Shown here: positions 16,219 to 25,230 of the stretch, piece by piece
Numbering within the stretch: the stretch's first letter is position 1
Layout of the letters: each line of letters starts with the position of its first letter
IMG/VR virus record: IMGVR_UViG_3300009111_000005
Coordinates: 23,371 to 87,370 of that record
From: a virus
Taxonomy: Duplodnaviria; Caudoviricetes
DNA: 64,000 nucleotides
Strand: one strand, 5' to 3'
Made by a program: the position numbers and the translations under genes
The notes under the pieces: model-generated
What the model saw: only the letters and a program-made list of their open reading frames with translations
What the model was told of the DNA's origin: nothing
Databases searched by the model: none

Positions 16219-16278
16219 TACGGGACTTTGTCCCGTCCACCCCCAGGTTCAGCGACAGTTTACAAGTTGCATTTCTGC

Positions 16279-16307
16279 TTGACAGGCCGTCTCTTCTTTT
16301 CGATCAT
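16279..16307 (+). promoter_or_regulatory. sigma70-like promoter
   Basis: TTGACA - 17 bp - GATCAT. Confidence 0.5.
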
Positions 16308-16365
16308 GTCCTATCGATAAACATCGAAAACCAAGTTTCAGAGACGCCACAAGAAGGAGGCAACC

Positions 16366-16671
16366 ATGAGTGAAACACACACTGAGACGACCCCTGAGTC
16401 CACGTCTGCGGCGGCTACTAAACCCACACTTACTCCCGGAAAAAAGAAGCCAGCGCCTCCCAACGTCGTCAACGCGAAAGACCTCGTGGCTACACGCAGG
16501 ACAATAGAGCGCCTTTTCAAACACCACAGCGAGGCCGCGAAAGTTTGGCAGAACGCGCTTCGCGAGCTTCAGCGTCTCGATTCTTCTGTTCAGCGTCTAG
16601 CGGGAGGAAACGGAAACACCAATGTTCCTCTTTCCGATCTGGATGAAGAGAACGTTGAGGTGCCGACATGA
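16366..16671 (+). CDS. hypothetical protein
   Basis: Strong AAGGAGG RBS. Confidence 0.75.
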   Translation: MSETHTETTPESTSAAATKPTLTPGKKKPAPPNVVNAKDLVATRRTIERLFKHHSEAAKVWQNALRELQRLDSSVQRLAGGNGNTNVPLSDLDEENVEVPT

Positions 16672-17306
16672 CCGGATACAAAGATCCAAATCTGACGCGC
16701 GAACAACGCATCATCATGGACCTGTTCTTTGATAGACGGCGTTACGCGCGGGCGGCTGAAACGGTGATCGTCAACGGATACATCCCTGCTCAGAGCACCA
16801 AGGGTTACATCACATCAGAACAGGAAGTGGCGTTAGCTCAAGCGGACCTTGTACGCTTGGGTACTTGGTCAGCCAAAACGCTTCACAAAGAAGTCACACG
16901 TATGTCCGACGACGTCTACAACCGCGGAATGCTTTTGGGTGGTCCGGGCAAAGGATGGCGGTGGTCTCAGCGTGCACGTGATGAGCAACTCGCATCCGAA
17001 CGTGCTCTGATGGTGTTGCTTGGTTGGTTGAAACGGATTCGTAATGCGTTTCATCGCATGAGCAATGGAGGTCGTTACGGACCTAAAACAGTGCTGGAAC
17101 GAGACGCGTACGCGGAGATTCATTCGTTGATCTGCCAGTTGATCGACGTCACAAGTGACTTGAAAGAGAAGGCGCGTGCGCGCAAGGCTGCTTTGTTTGG
17201 CGAAGTCACCTACGCCGAGGCGCTTGCTGGCACTTTTGTCCAGGGGATGAGCCAAGCAGAGTGCCAGGTCTACGCGCGCCAGACCAAACAGGAATACCAG
17301 CCATGA
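16668..17306 (+). CDS. hypothetical protein
   Basis: 212 aa; ATGA overlaps. Confidence 0.7.
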   Translation: MTGYKDPNLTREQRIIMDLFFDRRRYARAAETVIVNGYIPAQSTKGYITSEQEVALAQADLVRLGTWSAKTLHKEVTRMSDDVYNRGMLLGGPGKGWRWSQRARDEQLASERALMVLLGWLKRIRNAFHRMSNGGRYGPKTVLERDAYAEIHSLICQLIDVTSDLKEKARARKAALFGEVTYAEALAGTFVQGMSQAECQVYARQTKQEYQP

Positions 17307-17626
17307 GTGCGCGTCAACGTATCGGTCAGCGCTACGAAATTCTTCCACCCGTCGGTTTTTTCGAGGCTCAGAGTGTACGCCTTGGGCCTTGGTGGGACTT
17401 CCTCAAGAAGTACTATGGTAGTGTGTGTTGGGAAGAGAAGCGCGGGCTATTCTTGGCTCGCTATCCCAAGTGCAATCGTTGTCCTGCTCCTGCGACGACG
17501 GTACATCATCTGAACTACCTTCGTATCGGGAATGAATACTGGGAGGACCTCGAGTCGCTCTGTTTGCCCTGTCATGAACTGCACCATGGACGGGAGTTCA
17601 CGTTCTATGTCGCATGCCCTACGTAA
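17303..17626 (+). CDS. HNH endonuclease
   Basis: CNRC...VHHLNY...LESLCLPCHELHH. Confidence 0.85.
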   Translation: MSARQRIGQRYEILPPVGFFEAQSVRLGPWWDFLKKYYGSVCWEEKRGLFLARYPKCNRCPAPATTVHHLNYLRIGNEYWEDLESLCLPCHELHHGREFTFYVACPT

Positions 17627-18053
17627 ACCCTGTCCAAGATGTGGTCACACGGATGGGTACATTGTAGTCAAGGGAGGACAAGACACCGTTCGGTGTGGAC
17701 GATGTCATAGTTATCAATATTGCGCACCGAAGACAGAGACAGGGCGTGCGGTACGGTCCATCGTGACGGTGCATGATGCTGTTGATCGTGACTTGCGTTT
17801 GAAGATTCTTTTTCGAGCGACCGGCAAGTGTGAAATTTGCGGTTGGCGTCCTGCTGAAGAAGAAGGGCTTTGTGTAGGCCATTTGCTAAGCGTCAAAGTG
17901 GGCTTTCAGGCGGGTTTGCCGGATGACCTTCTTAACTCTGAAGAAAATCTAGCTGCAATGTGTTACGCCTGCAACGCTGCAATTGGCGACGGGGTACTCC
18001 CTCTTCGTTTGGCAATCGCCATCCTTCAGCATCGACGAGAGGAATCTACATGA
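17607..18053 (+). CDS. zinc ribbon plus HNH-like endonuclease
   Basis: CPRCG..CGRC at the N-terminus; CEICG..VGHLLS..NLAAMCYACN. Confidence 0.75.
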   Translation: MSHALRKPCPRCGHTDGYIVVKGGQDTVRCGRCHSYQYCAPKTETGRAVRSIVTVHDAVDRDLRLKILFRATGKCEICGWRPAEEEGLCVGHLLSVKVGFQAGLPDDLLNSEENLAAMCYACNAAIGDGVLPLRLAIAILQHRREEST

Positions 18054-18682
18054 GCGCACGAGACCGAACGCAACTTGCTTCACTAGGTTTTGCCGATCCT
18101 GACAAAAAGAATCCTGTGCACGACCTTGCGTGTCAATACATACATGAAAAGGATACACGGATACGGGTGTGTCAGAAACTCTTCGATAAGGATATGGGGG
18201 TGTATTCTTGGGTTCAGACTGAGTATCCGCTGTCCAAAGGGCAAGGTAGGTATAAAACAACCATTGGATTCCTAGATGTTGTTTTTCCATGGGGTATGGT
18301 TGCGTCGCCGGCACTCATGCGAAAAACAATTGCAGGACAATCCTGTGGTCTCATCGTTGTTGAAGTGAAAACAACGAAACCGTTAGTCATGGGGGATACC
18401 ATTCGTCAATTGCGTCTGTATCAAGAGTATTGGGTACCTGAGGACCTTGTCCGTAAATTCTGGGAAGAGACACGCCAGTGGGACGTGGGTGCACGTCGTC
18501 TTTGTGAGGCAACGTACTGGGTGCTCGCAACTACATTTCCTATTTCAAACGCTGAACGCGACTTTCTTTCCAAAGAAGGATTCCACCATGTATTTCTAGG
18601 TGATGGTTTTCAACATTGGATCGAAGCGCGTGAAGACAAGGCCTGCGCAGAAGAAAAGGAAAACTCGTGCGTATCAATCTAG
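18050..18682 (+). CDS. PD-(D/E)XK nuclease-like protein
   Basis: GFLDV...VEVKT...IRQLRLY. Confidence 0.65.
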   Translation: MSARDRTQLASLGFADPDKKNPVHDLACQYIHEKDTRIRVCQKLFDKDMGVYSWVQTEYPLSKGQGRYKTTIGFLDVVFPWGMVASPALMRKTIAGQSCGLIVVEVKTTKPLVMGDTIRQLRLYQEYWVPEDLVRKFWEETRQWDVGARRLCEATYWVLATTFPISNAERDFLSKEGFHHVFLGDGFQHWIEAREDKACAEEKENSCVSI

Positions 18683-20118
18683 CCGGCTTCAACATCGACC
18701 GTGACGTCCTCCAGCAACACGTGCCCGCAAATGACCCTCGGGCCTTCAATGCGCTGACTCCCGAAACTCTCTCCGCCGCCTACGCCCGCATCAGCCGGGC
18801 TCCTGAGCCCGTCGATGAATTACGGCGTAAAGCCGCGGAGGATGTGGCAGCGGCGAGGACATCGAACGAGAAGATCGTCTTCGGCTACGGGCACGCTTCC
18901 GTGGCTGAACACGCGGTCTTCAACTTCGATCTCATCGACGTGTCGCGTCTCGCGATTGAAGCTGTTGAGCACGCACGCTTGTGCTCGTACACGGAGAAGT
19001 CGCAGCGCTACGTCACCTTCGATCGAGACAAGGTCGAGTACGTGGTCCCTGAAGAGATCATCGAGGTGGGTCTTCGGAACGAGTTCATGGACTTCATCAA
19101 GGAGACCCACGACCAGTACCACTTCATTCTTGGACGCATCAAGGATCAGGAGCGCCCACAGGGAGGCACTGCGCAAGAAGACGCGAGGTACGTGTCTACG
19201 CTCGCGGTAGCTGGTCAGCTCGGGATGACGTGCAATGCACGCAACCTCGAGACACTCATTCGTCGCTTGGTCGCGCATCCCCTCGAAGAAGTGCGCGGTA
19301 TCGGTCAGACGCTGTATGTGCGCGCCAAAGACGTGGCTCCGTCCTTGCTCAAATACGCTACGCCGGAACCCTTGCGGTTGGCACAGACCAGCAAAGTGCA
19401 GGAGGCATTGCGGCTTCAGTGTGCGGGACTCTTCGCAGCCCCCGCAGAACGAGTCGAGTTGCTCGCGGCCACGGGCAACATGGAGGGCGGGAGCGGGGGA
19501 GACCACATCATCTTATCGGCTCTGGTGCACCAGGTCTCGCGCGTGCCCTTCGACATGTGCTTTGCGACTGTCGCACGTCTTTCTCCCGAACAGCGCAAGG
19601 GACTCATGCTGAACGTCCTCTCCACGATGGACGTCTACAGCGCCGCACCGCGCTGCTTCGAAATGTGCGATCTGACCTTTGAGCTGATCGTGTCCGCGAG
19701 CTGTTTCGCGCAGCTCAAACGGCATCGGATGCTCACACTGCTTCCTCAGATGTACGACCCCTCACTGGGCTACACGATCCCTGCGTCTGTTGCGCAGGAC
19801 GAGCCTGCCCTCGAACGGTTCAAGGCGGTGATGAGGACAGCGGAGGCGTTCTACAAGAAGCTGGCCCGGGTGTGCAACGAATCTCTCGCCGAGTATGTGC
19901 TCACCCAGGCGCATCGTCGCCGAGCGCTCGTGAAGATGAATGCGCGCGAAGCCTACGCGTTCAGCCGCCTCCGCGAAGACAAGCACGCTCAGTGGGAAAT
20001 TCGTGAAATTGCACAACAAGTGATGGGATTGGCGCGACGCGTGATGCCTCTGACGATGGCGCTGGCGTGTGGAAAGGACGCCTTCGAAGAATGGCGTAAA
20101 CAAGTACTTTCCTGTTGA
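18667..20118 (+). CDS. thyX: FAD-dependent thymidylate synthase, tandem-domain form
   Basis: GHASVAEH, SYTEKSQRYV and a second-domain QLKRHRM; 483 aa. Confidence 0.9.
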   Translation: MRINLAGFNIDRDVLQQHVPANDPRAFNALTPETLSAAYARISRAPEPVDELRRKAAEDVAAARTSNEKIVFGYGHASVAEHAVFNFDLIDVSRLAIEAVEHARLCSYTEKSQRYVTFDRDKVEYVVPEEIIEVGLRNEFMDFIKETHDQYHFILGRIKDQERPQGGTAQEDARYVSTLAVAGQLGMTCNARNLETLIRRLVAHPLEEVRGIGQTLYVRAKDVAPSLLKYATPEPLRLAQTSKVQEALRLQCAGLFAAPAERVELLAATGNMEGGSGGDHIILSALVHQVSRVPFDMCFATVARLSPEQRKGLMLNVLSTMDVYSAAPRCFEMCDLTFELIVSASCFAQLKRHRMLTLLPQMYDPSLGYTIPASVAQDEPALERFKAVMRTAEAFYKKLARVCNESLAEYVLTQAHRRRALVKMNAREAYAFSRLREDKHAQWEIREIAQQVMGLARRVMPLTMALACGKDAFEEWRKQVLSC

Positions 20119-20185
20119 CTTGTTCAAGTTCGAACATCAAAATGGTCATGTTTTTGCCACTAACATGGCAAACTGGACAAGGAGA

Positions 20186-20473
20186 ATGAACATGGCCAAG
20201 AACGGACGCGTCAAGAACAAGGATCGCGTGCTGAAGGCCTGGAAGTCCGCTTCCTGGCCGCCCGCACTCGGAGCGAAGGTTCGTCTCTTCGCCCCCAAGG
20301 ACTTCCGTGGCAAGGTGGCAAAGGTCATCGCCGTGGGGGACGAGAAGGCGAAGAACAGCACGCGCAGAGCGCCGAAGGGCAAGATTCGCATCATGTGCGA
20401 GTCCTACCAGTTCAGCGTGTCGAAGGAACAGGTCTTCCCGGCCGATGTCACGCTGAAGCAACTCCAGGGCTAA
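20186..20473 (+). CDS. small basic protein
   Basis: AAGGAG RBS; Lys/Arg rich. Confidence 0.7.
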   Translation: MNMAKNGRVKNKDRVLKAWKSASWPPALGAKVRLFAPKDFRGKVAKVIAVGDEKAKNSTRRAPKGKIRIMCESYQFSVSKEQVFPADVTLKQLQG

Positions 20474-20513
20474 CGAGTAACGCCACTAGCCCATCGTTTC
20501 CAGGAGAGCATCG

Positions 20514-20852
20514 ATGAAACGGCTGTACGTAGGGAATCTCCCCTACGCGACCACGAAAGAGGATCTCGAGGACCGCTTCGGACAGCATGGTGAACTGACC
20601 GACGTGAAGGTCATCACCGATCGTGAGACTGGGCGCAGCAAGGGTTTCGCCTTCGTGGAGTTCAAGAACGAAGGGGATGCCGAAGCCGCGCTCAGCGAGG
20701 ATGGGATGGACTTCAACGGACGTCCCATGCGCGTGAAAGAAGCGGAACAGAAGGAACGTCGCAACAACGATAACGGGCACCGTCAGGAAGGACGTGGTGG
20801 GCGGCCCGGAAGTCGTGAAGGTCGTGGTGGGCGGAGAGACGCACGAGAATAG
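20514..20852 (+). CDS. RRM (RNP-1) RNA-binding protein
   Basis: RNP2 LYVGNL, RNP1 KGFAFVEF, Gly/Arg-rich tail. Confidence 0.95.
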   Translation: MKRLYVGNLPYATTKEDLEDRFGQHGELTDVKVITDRETGRSKGFAFVEFKNEGDAEAALSEDGMDFNGRPMRVKEAEQKERRNNDNGHRQEGRGGRPGSREGRGGRRDARE

Positions 20853-20880
20853 CGGCCGGAGCGTACGGTCGTTCGCGAGA

Positions 20881-20916
20881 GCCCGTCATCTCAGTTGAGG
20901 TGACGGGCTTTTTTTA
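20881..20916 (+). terminator. rho-independent terminator
   Basis: GCCCGTCATCTC/GAGGTGACGGGC stem followed by a T-run. Confidence 0.85.
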
Positions 20917-20939
20917 CATTCAACGAAAGGAAACAGACG

Positions 20940-21749
20940 ATGATCTATACGTTTGGTTGGAGACGAGATCTGCCTGACCATAGGGACTACACGCAAGAAC
21001 ACGCAGCGGTGAAGCTTATCCTGGGTTCGTCCAAACCCTTGCAGGCAGCAAAGAGCACGCGACCGGCCACCAAGGACTTGCGTGAGTACTGTTCGCCCAT
21101 CGAGAACCAGGATGTGCTGGGATCATGCACGGCACACGCAGGCGTGGGGCTCATGGAGTGGTTCCAGCGTCGTGCGTATGGCAAGCACCTCAACATGAGT
21201 CGTCTCTTCCTCTACAAGGTTGCACGTCGGCTGGTTGGCATCAAAGGCGATGAAGGATGCTATCTGCGAACGACAATGCAGGCCATGCTCATGCTCGGAG
21301 TTCCTCCGGAGAATTTCTGGCCCTACAAGGTCGCTGACTTCGAGAAAGAACCCGACGCATTCATCTATTCCCTGGCGCACAAGTTCGAAGCGTACAGCTA
21401 CTACAAGCTGTACCCCACCAGGGATAAGAGCCTGATTGACGTTCTACGTGATCATCTCGCAGGTGGATTGCCGTTCATGTTTGGATTCACCGTCTACTCC
21501 AGTATCTCGAATGACGGTTGGATTCCCATTCCAGGTCCTGCTGATCGCGTGGAGGGGGGCCATGCCGTCATGGCCGTGGGATACGACGATACCAAGAAGG
21601 CCTTCCTGATCCGCAATTCGTGGGGTACGAGCTGGGGCCACAGCGGCTATGGCTGGCTACCGTATTGGTACTTCGAAAACGGTCAGGCCGAGGATTGCTG
21701 GTCGCTGGTGCGAGCGAACTTCATCGATACCGACCTGTTCAAGGTTTGA
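20940..21749 (+). CDS. papain-like cysteine protease (peptidase C1A)
   Basis: QDVLGSCTAHA, GGHAVMAVGY and IRNSWG catalytic motifs. Confidence 0.92.
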   Translation: MIYTFGWRRDLPDHRDYTQEHAAVKLILGSSKPLQAAKSTRPATKDLREYCSPIENQDVLGSCTAHAGVGLMEWFQRRAYGKHLNMSRLFLYKVARRLVGIKGDEGCYLRTTMQAMLMLGVPPENFWPYKVADFEKEPDAFIYSLAHKFEAYSYYKLYPTRDKSLIDVLRDHLAGGLPFMFGFTVYSSISNDGWIPIPGPADRVEGGHAVMAVGYDDTKKAFLIRNSWGTSWGHSGYGWLPYWYFENGQAEDCWSLVRANFIDTDLFKV

Positions 21750-21754
21750 AGTAC

Positions 21755-21783
21755 TTGACAGACTACGTGCATTCCTTCATCCT
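21755..21783 (+). promoter_or_regulatory. sigma70-like promoter of the second tRNA cluster
   Basis: TTGACA - 17 bp - CATCCT. Confidence 0.55.
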
Positions 21784-21886
21784 GTAGCTCTGATGCACTC
21801 CATGCCCTTCCAGTACTTGTATTACCTACCTCGGCTCTTAGGTTAAGAGCCTTCGCGCACTCAACTCGACAACTGAATACGTACGC

Positions 21887-21961
21887 GGGTCGGTAGCCCA
21901 ACTGGAAGCTGGCGCCAGCCTCAGGAGCTGGTTGTTGTGGGTTCGAATCCCTCCCGACCCA
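21887..21961 (+). tRNA. tRNA-Leu(CAG), short variable loop
   Basis: Cloverleaf; loop CTCAGGA; 5-nt variable loop; A73. Confidence 0.85.
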
Positions 21962-21965
21962 CCGC

Positions 21966-22052
21966 GGAAGGTGCCCATAAGGCAGGCCGGGCCTGCGGCT
22001 GACTGTAGATCAGCTCCCGCACGGGCGAGTGGTTCGACTCCATCACCTTCCA
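21966..22052 (+). tRNA. atypical tRNA-Tyr(GTA)
   Basis: GCTGA/TCAGC anticodon stem with loop CTGTAGA; long variable arm; 8-bp acceptor and 4-bp T stem; enlarged D region. Confidence 0.75.
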
Positions 22053-22058
22053 CCGTGT

Positions 22059-22133
22059 GCCGCGGTAGCCCAAATGGAAGCTGGCGCCAGGCTAAGGACC
22101 TGGAGGTTGCGGGTTCGAATCCCGCCCGCGGTA
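22059..22133 (+). tRNA. tRNA-Leu(AAG), short variable loop
   Basis: Cloverleaf; loop CTAAGGA; A34; A73. Confidence 0.85.
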
Positions 22134-22137
22134 CTTC

Positions 22138-22211
22138 GGGTCGGTAGCCCAACCGGAAGTGGCCCCCGTCTCAAAAGCGGGCATATGCGGGTTCGAATCC
22201 CGTCCGACCCA
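22138..22211 (+). tRNA. tRNA-Leu(CAA), short variable loop
   Basis: Cloverleaf; loop CTCAAAA; A73. Confidence 0.85.
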
Positions 22212-22508
22212 CTGAAGGGGATAAGGAACGGCGCCGCCTGCGCGAGAACGTTGCAGGTCCCCGTCTGACTGAAACAGTCGTTGAGTAGCCTCTCGGCCGG
22301 CGCCATCACGATTATAGCTTGCCGGCAGGATCTCATCTTCGCTGGTGACGCTGATCATCTGGCTGTACCCGTACCCACCATAGAAAAAAGGCGCTGTGAC
22401 CGTTTCCGATCAGAGCGCCTACCTTCGCCTCACGTTTCCGTTCAGCGAACAGACTACATGGTACAAGAAGGGTTCTGAGACGTCAACACTTTTCTTTAGG
22501 CCCATAGG

Positions 22509-22540
22509 GAAAGACCCAGGAGGGCCGTCCTGGGTCTTTC
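22509..22540. terminator. perfect 13-bp hairpin at the convergence of the + and - transcription blocks
   Basis: GAAAGACCCAGGA/TCCTGGGTCTTTC. Confidence 0.6.
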
Positions 22541-22603
22541 GAGAAGCTCGACAACAGGGAAAGAATGGCGACAGTCAAAGCGTATCGTAACGGCCCTTAT
22601 TGG

Positions 22604-23539
22604 TCAAGCAGCCTTTCGGAAGTATCCCAGGATGGCGAGGAGGGCACGTCCATGGACTTTGCCCTCCGTGATGGACAGCTCCGTGGTGGACCGGTTGGGG
22701 ACGATGATGAACGTGAAGGTGCCCATCCCTTGTGCGTGCAGTACACGTTCCATCGTTTTGCTGCATCGATCGAGGTACCACTCGGTGATGTTCTGGAGCG
22801 TGTAGAGCACGCTCGTTTGAACATCATCGGTGATGAGGTTGATGTGGTCGCCTGAATCGAGAATGAAGAGCGGTGCCCCATCGATGGGCGTATTCACGCT
22901 CTCCGGGGTGAGTCCCAGGGGCATGACCTCGCCCATTTCTTTCAGCTCATTGAGGTCGTAGCACAGCGTGTCGTCCGGTTGCAGATGCAGGGCTTTGTCC
23001 GTGAGAAACTTCGTCTCGGTGGACACCGCGGGAAGTTTCCGCAGTCGTTCGTAGAGTGCTTCGAGGATGCTCGTTCGATACGCCGCATTCGCGTCCTGGG
23101 ACTGGTCAGCGAGCAGGTAGCTCCCGATGAGTTCGATGGGAGTGCCCCGGGTACGAAGCTGGTCGATCGTGCCATCATCGTCTTCGCGCAACATTTGGGG
23201 CGGCACGGGAATGTTGATAGAGATCTCGGCGCATCCGTGTTCTGCGGCTTTTGCGAACGCGGCTGCGATGCCTTTGCCATCTACTTCCACGACTGTCTTC
23301 GTCGTCATCTTGAGTTTCCTTCGATACGTCTTGGTTTCGTCTCCGGCGTACTTTTCACACAGTTCGGTCTCCGTGGGCGTCATGTCTTCCTTGCAGGTCT
23401 TGAGCAGGAAGTTTCGGATGTACCCCGACGGAACTGTATCGAGGTAGCCCCCCTTGAAGCGCCCTCGAAGCAGGATGTACCGGCCATTGGCCATACGCTG
23501 GATGTAGTCGCCCATGGCGGCGGGTCCAGCGTCATTCAT
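22604..23539 (-). CDS. hypothetical protein
   Basis: Long ORF; the N-terminal RGRFKGGYLDTVPSGYI is reminiscent of DUF3820-like motifs. Confidence 0.7.
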   Translation of the reverse strand: MNDAGPAAMGDYIQRMANGRYILLRGRFKGGYLDTVPSGYIRNFLLKTCKEDMTPTETELCEKYAGDETKTYRRKLKMTTKTVVEVDGKGIAAAFAKAAEHGCAEISINIPVPPQMLREDDDGTIDQLRTRGTPIELIGSYLLADQSQDANAAYRTSILEALYERLRKLPAVSTETKFLTDKALHLQPDDTLCYDLNELKEMGEVMPLGLTPESVNTPIDGAPLFILDSGDHINLITDDVQTSVLYTLQNITEWYLDRCSKTMERVLHAQGMGTFTFIIVPNRSTTELSITEGKVHGRALLAILGYFRKAA

Positions 23540-23818
23540 TTCTTCGCGACCTTTTTTACTCGGTAAAGTCATGTCTTCAGCGTCCACTCTGGTACGTGGT
23601 AGACCTGGCAAGGTACAGGCTTCGTAGCACAGATTGAACGGTCCACGCATGGGGGCCAGATCGCACCGCCAGTGCAGAGCAAGCTGACGAAGATGTTAGG
23701 TTGTTGATTGTAGAACAGGCACCAACCGTTGTGCTTGTTCCGGCCCCCATGCTTTGCAGAGAGTATGTCGGCACCCTCTGTGAACGGACGGGGAATTGTG
23801 TCGAGATCACCCTCATCC

Positions 23819-24481
23819 TTAGCAGTACGAGTCTCTGATGGTTGCGGCAACGCGGTCCCAGTCGGGCATGTCGTTGATGGGGTCCCAGATGAGCCGCGTG
23901 ACCTTGACCGCGTGTGCCCAGGGAAGGAGGCCGGTTTCCGCTTCATGGAGTAGCTCCTGGTAGCCAGTCCGAAGATCCCGCAGATAGGACAGCGGAACTT
24001 TGACCTCCGCTTCACGGTTGCGAGCTTTCATTCGTTCGTAGGCCGTCTCAGGTTGCACATCGAGGAAGATGAGCTTGGTGGGCGGCATGAGTGACGTGCA
24101 AGCGTCGAGGTAACTGTCTTCGTAGATCTGCCAGAAGTCGGGATCGATGTTGCCCGCTTTCATGTGCAGCTTTGCGAAGACCCTGTCTCCACTGATAGAA
24201 CGGTCAAGAATCGCTCCTTTGTTGCCCCCGATACCAGTGGCTTCAACAGCGGCGAGTTGTTGCATGAGCTTGCGTTTGTTGAGCAGGTGCATCTGCATCG
24301 GGAAGGCGTAGTACTTGGGATCGTCATAGAACTTCTTGAGGTAGGGGTTGTCATCGGCGGGTTCTTCGACGACACGGAGGCCTAGTCTTTGGCCGATTTC
24401 ACGACAGAACGTTGTCTTACCTGCACCAATGATGGCTTCGACCCAGAGAAGCGGTAGGCGGCGCGCGTTGGGATTGATCAC
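23819..24481 (-). CDS. deoxynucleoside kinase
   Basis: P-loop EAIIGAGKTT, DRS motif and RNREAE lid. Confidence 0.92.
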   Translation of the reverse strand: MINPNARRLPLLWVEAIIGAGKTTFCREIGQRLGLRVVEEPADDNPYLKKFYDDPKYYAFPMQMHLLNKRKLMQQLAAVEATGIGGNKGAILDRSISGDRVFAKLHMKAGNIDPDFWQIYEDSYLDACTSLMPPTKLIFLDVQPETAYERMKARNREAEVKVPLSYLRDLRTGYQELLHEAETGLLPWAHAVKVTRLIWDPINDMPDWDRVAATIRDSYC

Positions 24482-24762
24482 TTCTCTTCTCCCTTGGAGA
24501 TCCCGCCACCAACGCCTACTTGGGTTTTGGTGGCGGGACGGTTGACGTATTTGTGCTGATAGCCTGCTTTGCGACGTGCAGATCCAGGATAGGTAGGAAT
24601 AGTCACAGTCGGGATGCTTGAACCGGTGGAGATGCCCAGACAGACCACCAAGTTGAAGCTACCGCACTTCGGACAATCGCTCGTTACGGGATTTTCGCTG
24701 TCCACGAGATCTTCTTTCGTGGCTCCACAATCTTGACACTGAAACTCACACATCTTGAGCAT
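24478..24762 (-). CDS. FmdB-like zinc-ribbon protein
   Basis: EFQCQDCG...CPKCGS. Confidence 0.8.
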   Translation of the reverse strand: MLKMCEFQCQDCGATKEDLVDSENPVTSDCPKCGSFNLVVCLGISTGSSIPTVTIPTYPGSARRKAGYQHKYVNRPATKTQVGVGGGISKGEEK

Positions 24763-25208
24763 CAGGCTTCTCCTAGTACTTCGACTTCTGCACCAAGAGA
24801 GACGAGTCCTTCGAGGAGTTCAGGGTGCGGACGCTGTACGAAGACGAAACGGAGTTGACGTTTCTCGAGGGGATTCACATCCCACTCCACATGCACTGTT
24901 TGCAGCAGGCCAAACGGACGACCCTTGTAGGTGGTGAACAAGGATCCTTTGATATCTTGTTGACGGGCGTAGATGCGTAGAGGGTAGGCGTCGTTGTGAT
25001 TGAGACTGTCGGGCGGCAGGCTGTACGGGTTGTCTTCCTTGATGTACTTGAAGAATACTTCGTTTTGGTCCGTGTTCAGTCGAAAGTGTTCAAGGCAGAT
25101 CAGGTTGCCCTGTTCGTTGATAGCGACATGTTCGTGGGGGCCAATCTGCACGCAGAGGTCATGTTGTGGCATGTCGGCTAGATAAACATTGAATGGAGGG
25201 TAAGTCAA
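24762..25208 (-). CDS. hypothetical protein
   Basis: 148-aa ORF with TGATG-type coupling. Confidence 0.65.
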   Translation of the reverse strand: MTYPPFNVYLADMPQHDLCVQIGPHEHVAINEQGNLICLEHFRLNTDQNEVFFKYIKEDNPYSLPPDSLNHNDAYPLRIYARQQDIKGSLFTTYKGRPFGLLQTVHVEWDVNPLEKRQLRFVFVQRPHPELLEGLVSLGAEVEVLGEA

Positions 25209-25230
25209 GCGAAACGAGGAGATGGGAGAT

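Noticed and set aside
12928-18832. ATTAC-N3-GTAAA near-palindromes at about 12928 and 18819
   Set aside because: One mismatch each and inside coding sequence, so they could be chance. The same holds for the copy at 31928 and the weaker match at 63848.
21966-22052. tRNA-Sec or a stop-codon suppressor implying a recoded genome
   Set aside because: The anticodon is GTA, not TCA; no suppressor tRNA was seen; genes read intact in code 11 with all three stop codons used.
22458-22470. Additional GGTACAAGAA promoter copy
   Set aside because: No AAAA hexamer 17 bp upstream and no clear downstream gene.
23577-23816. 79-aa - strand ORF between the dNK gene and 23539
   Set aside because: It fills the gap but has no motif or clear RBS; a competing frame (23569..24015) is equally unconvincing, so no call was made.
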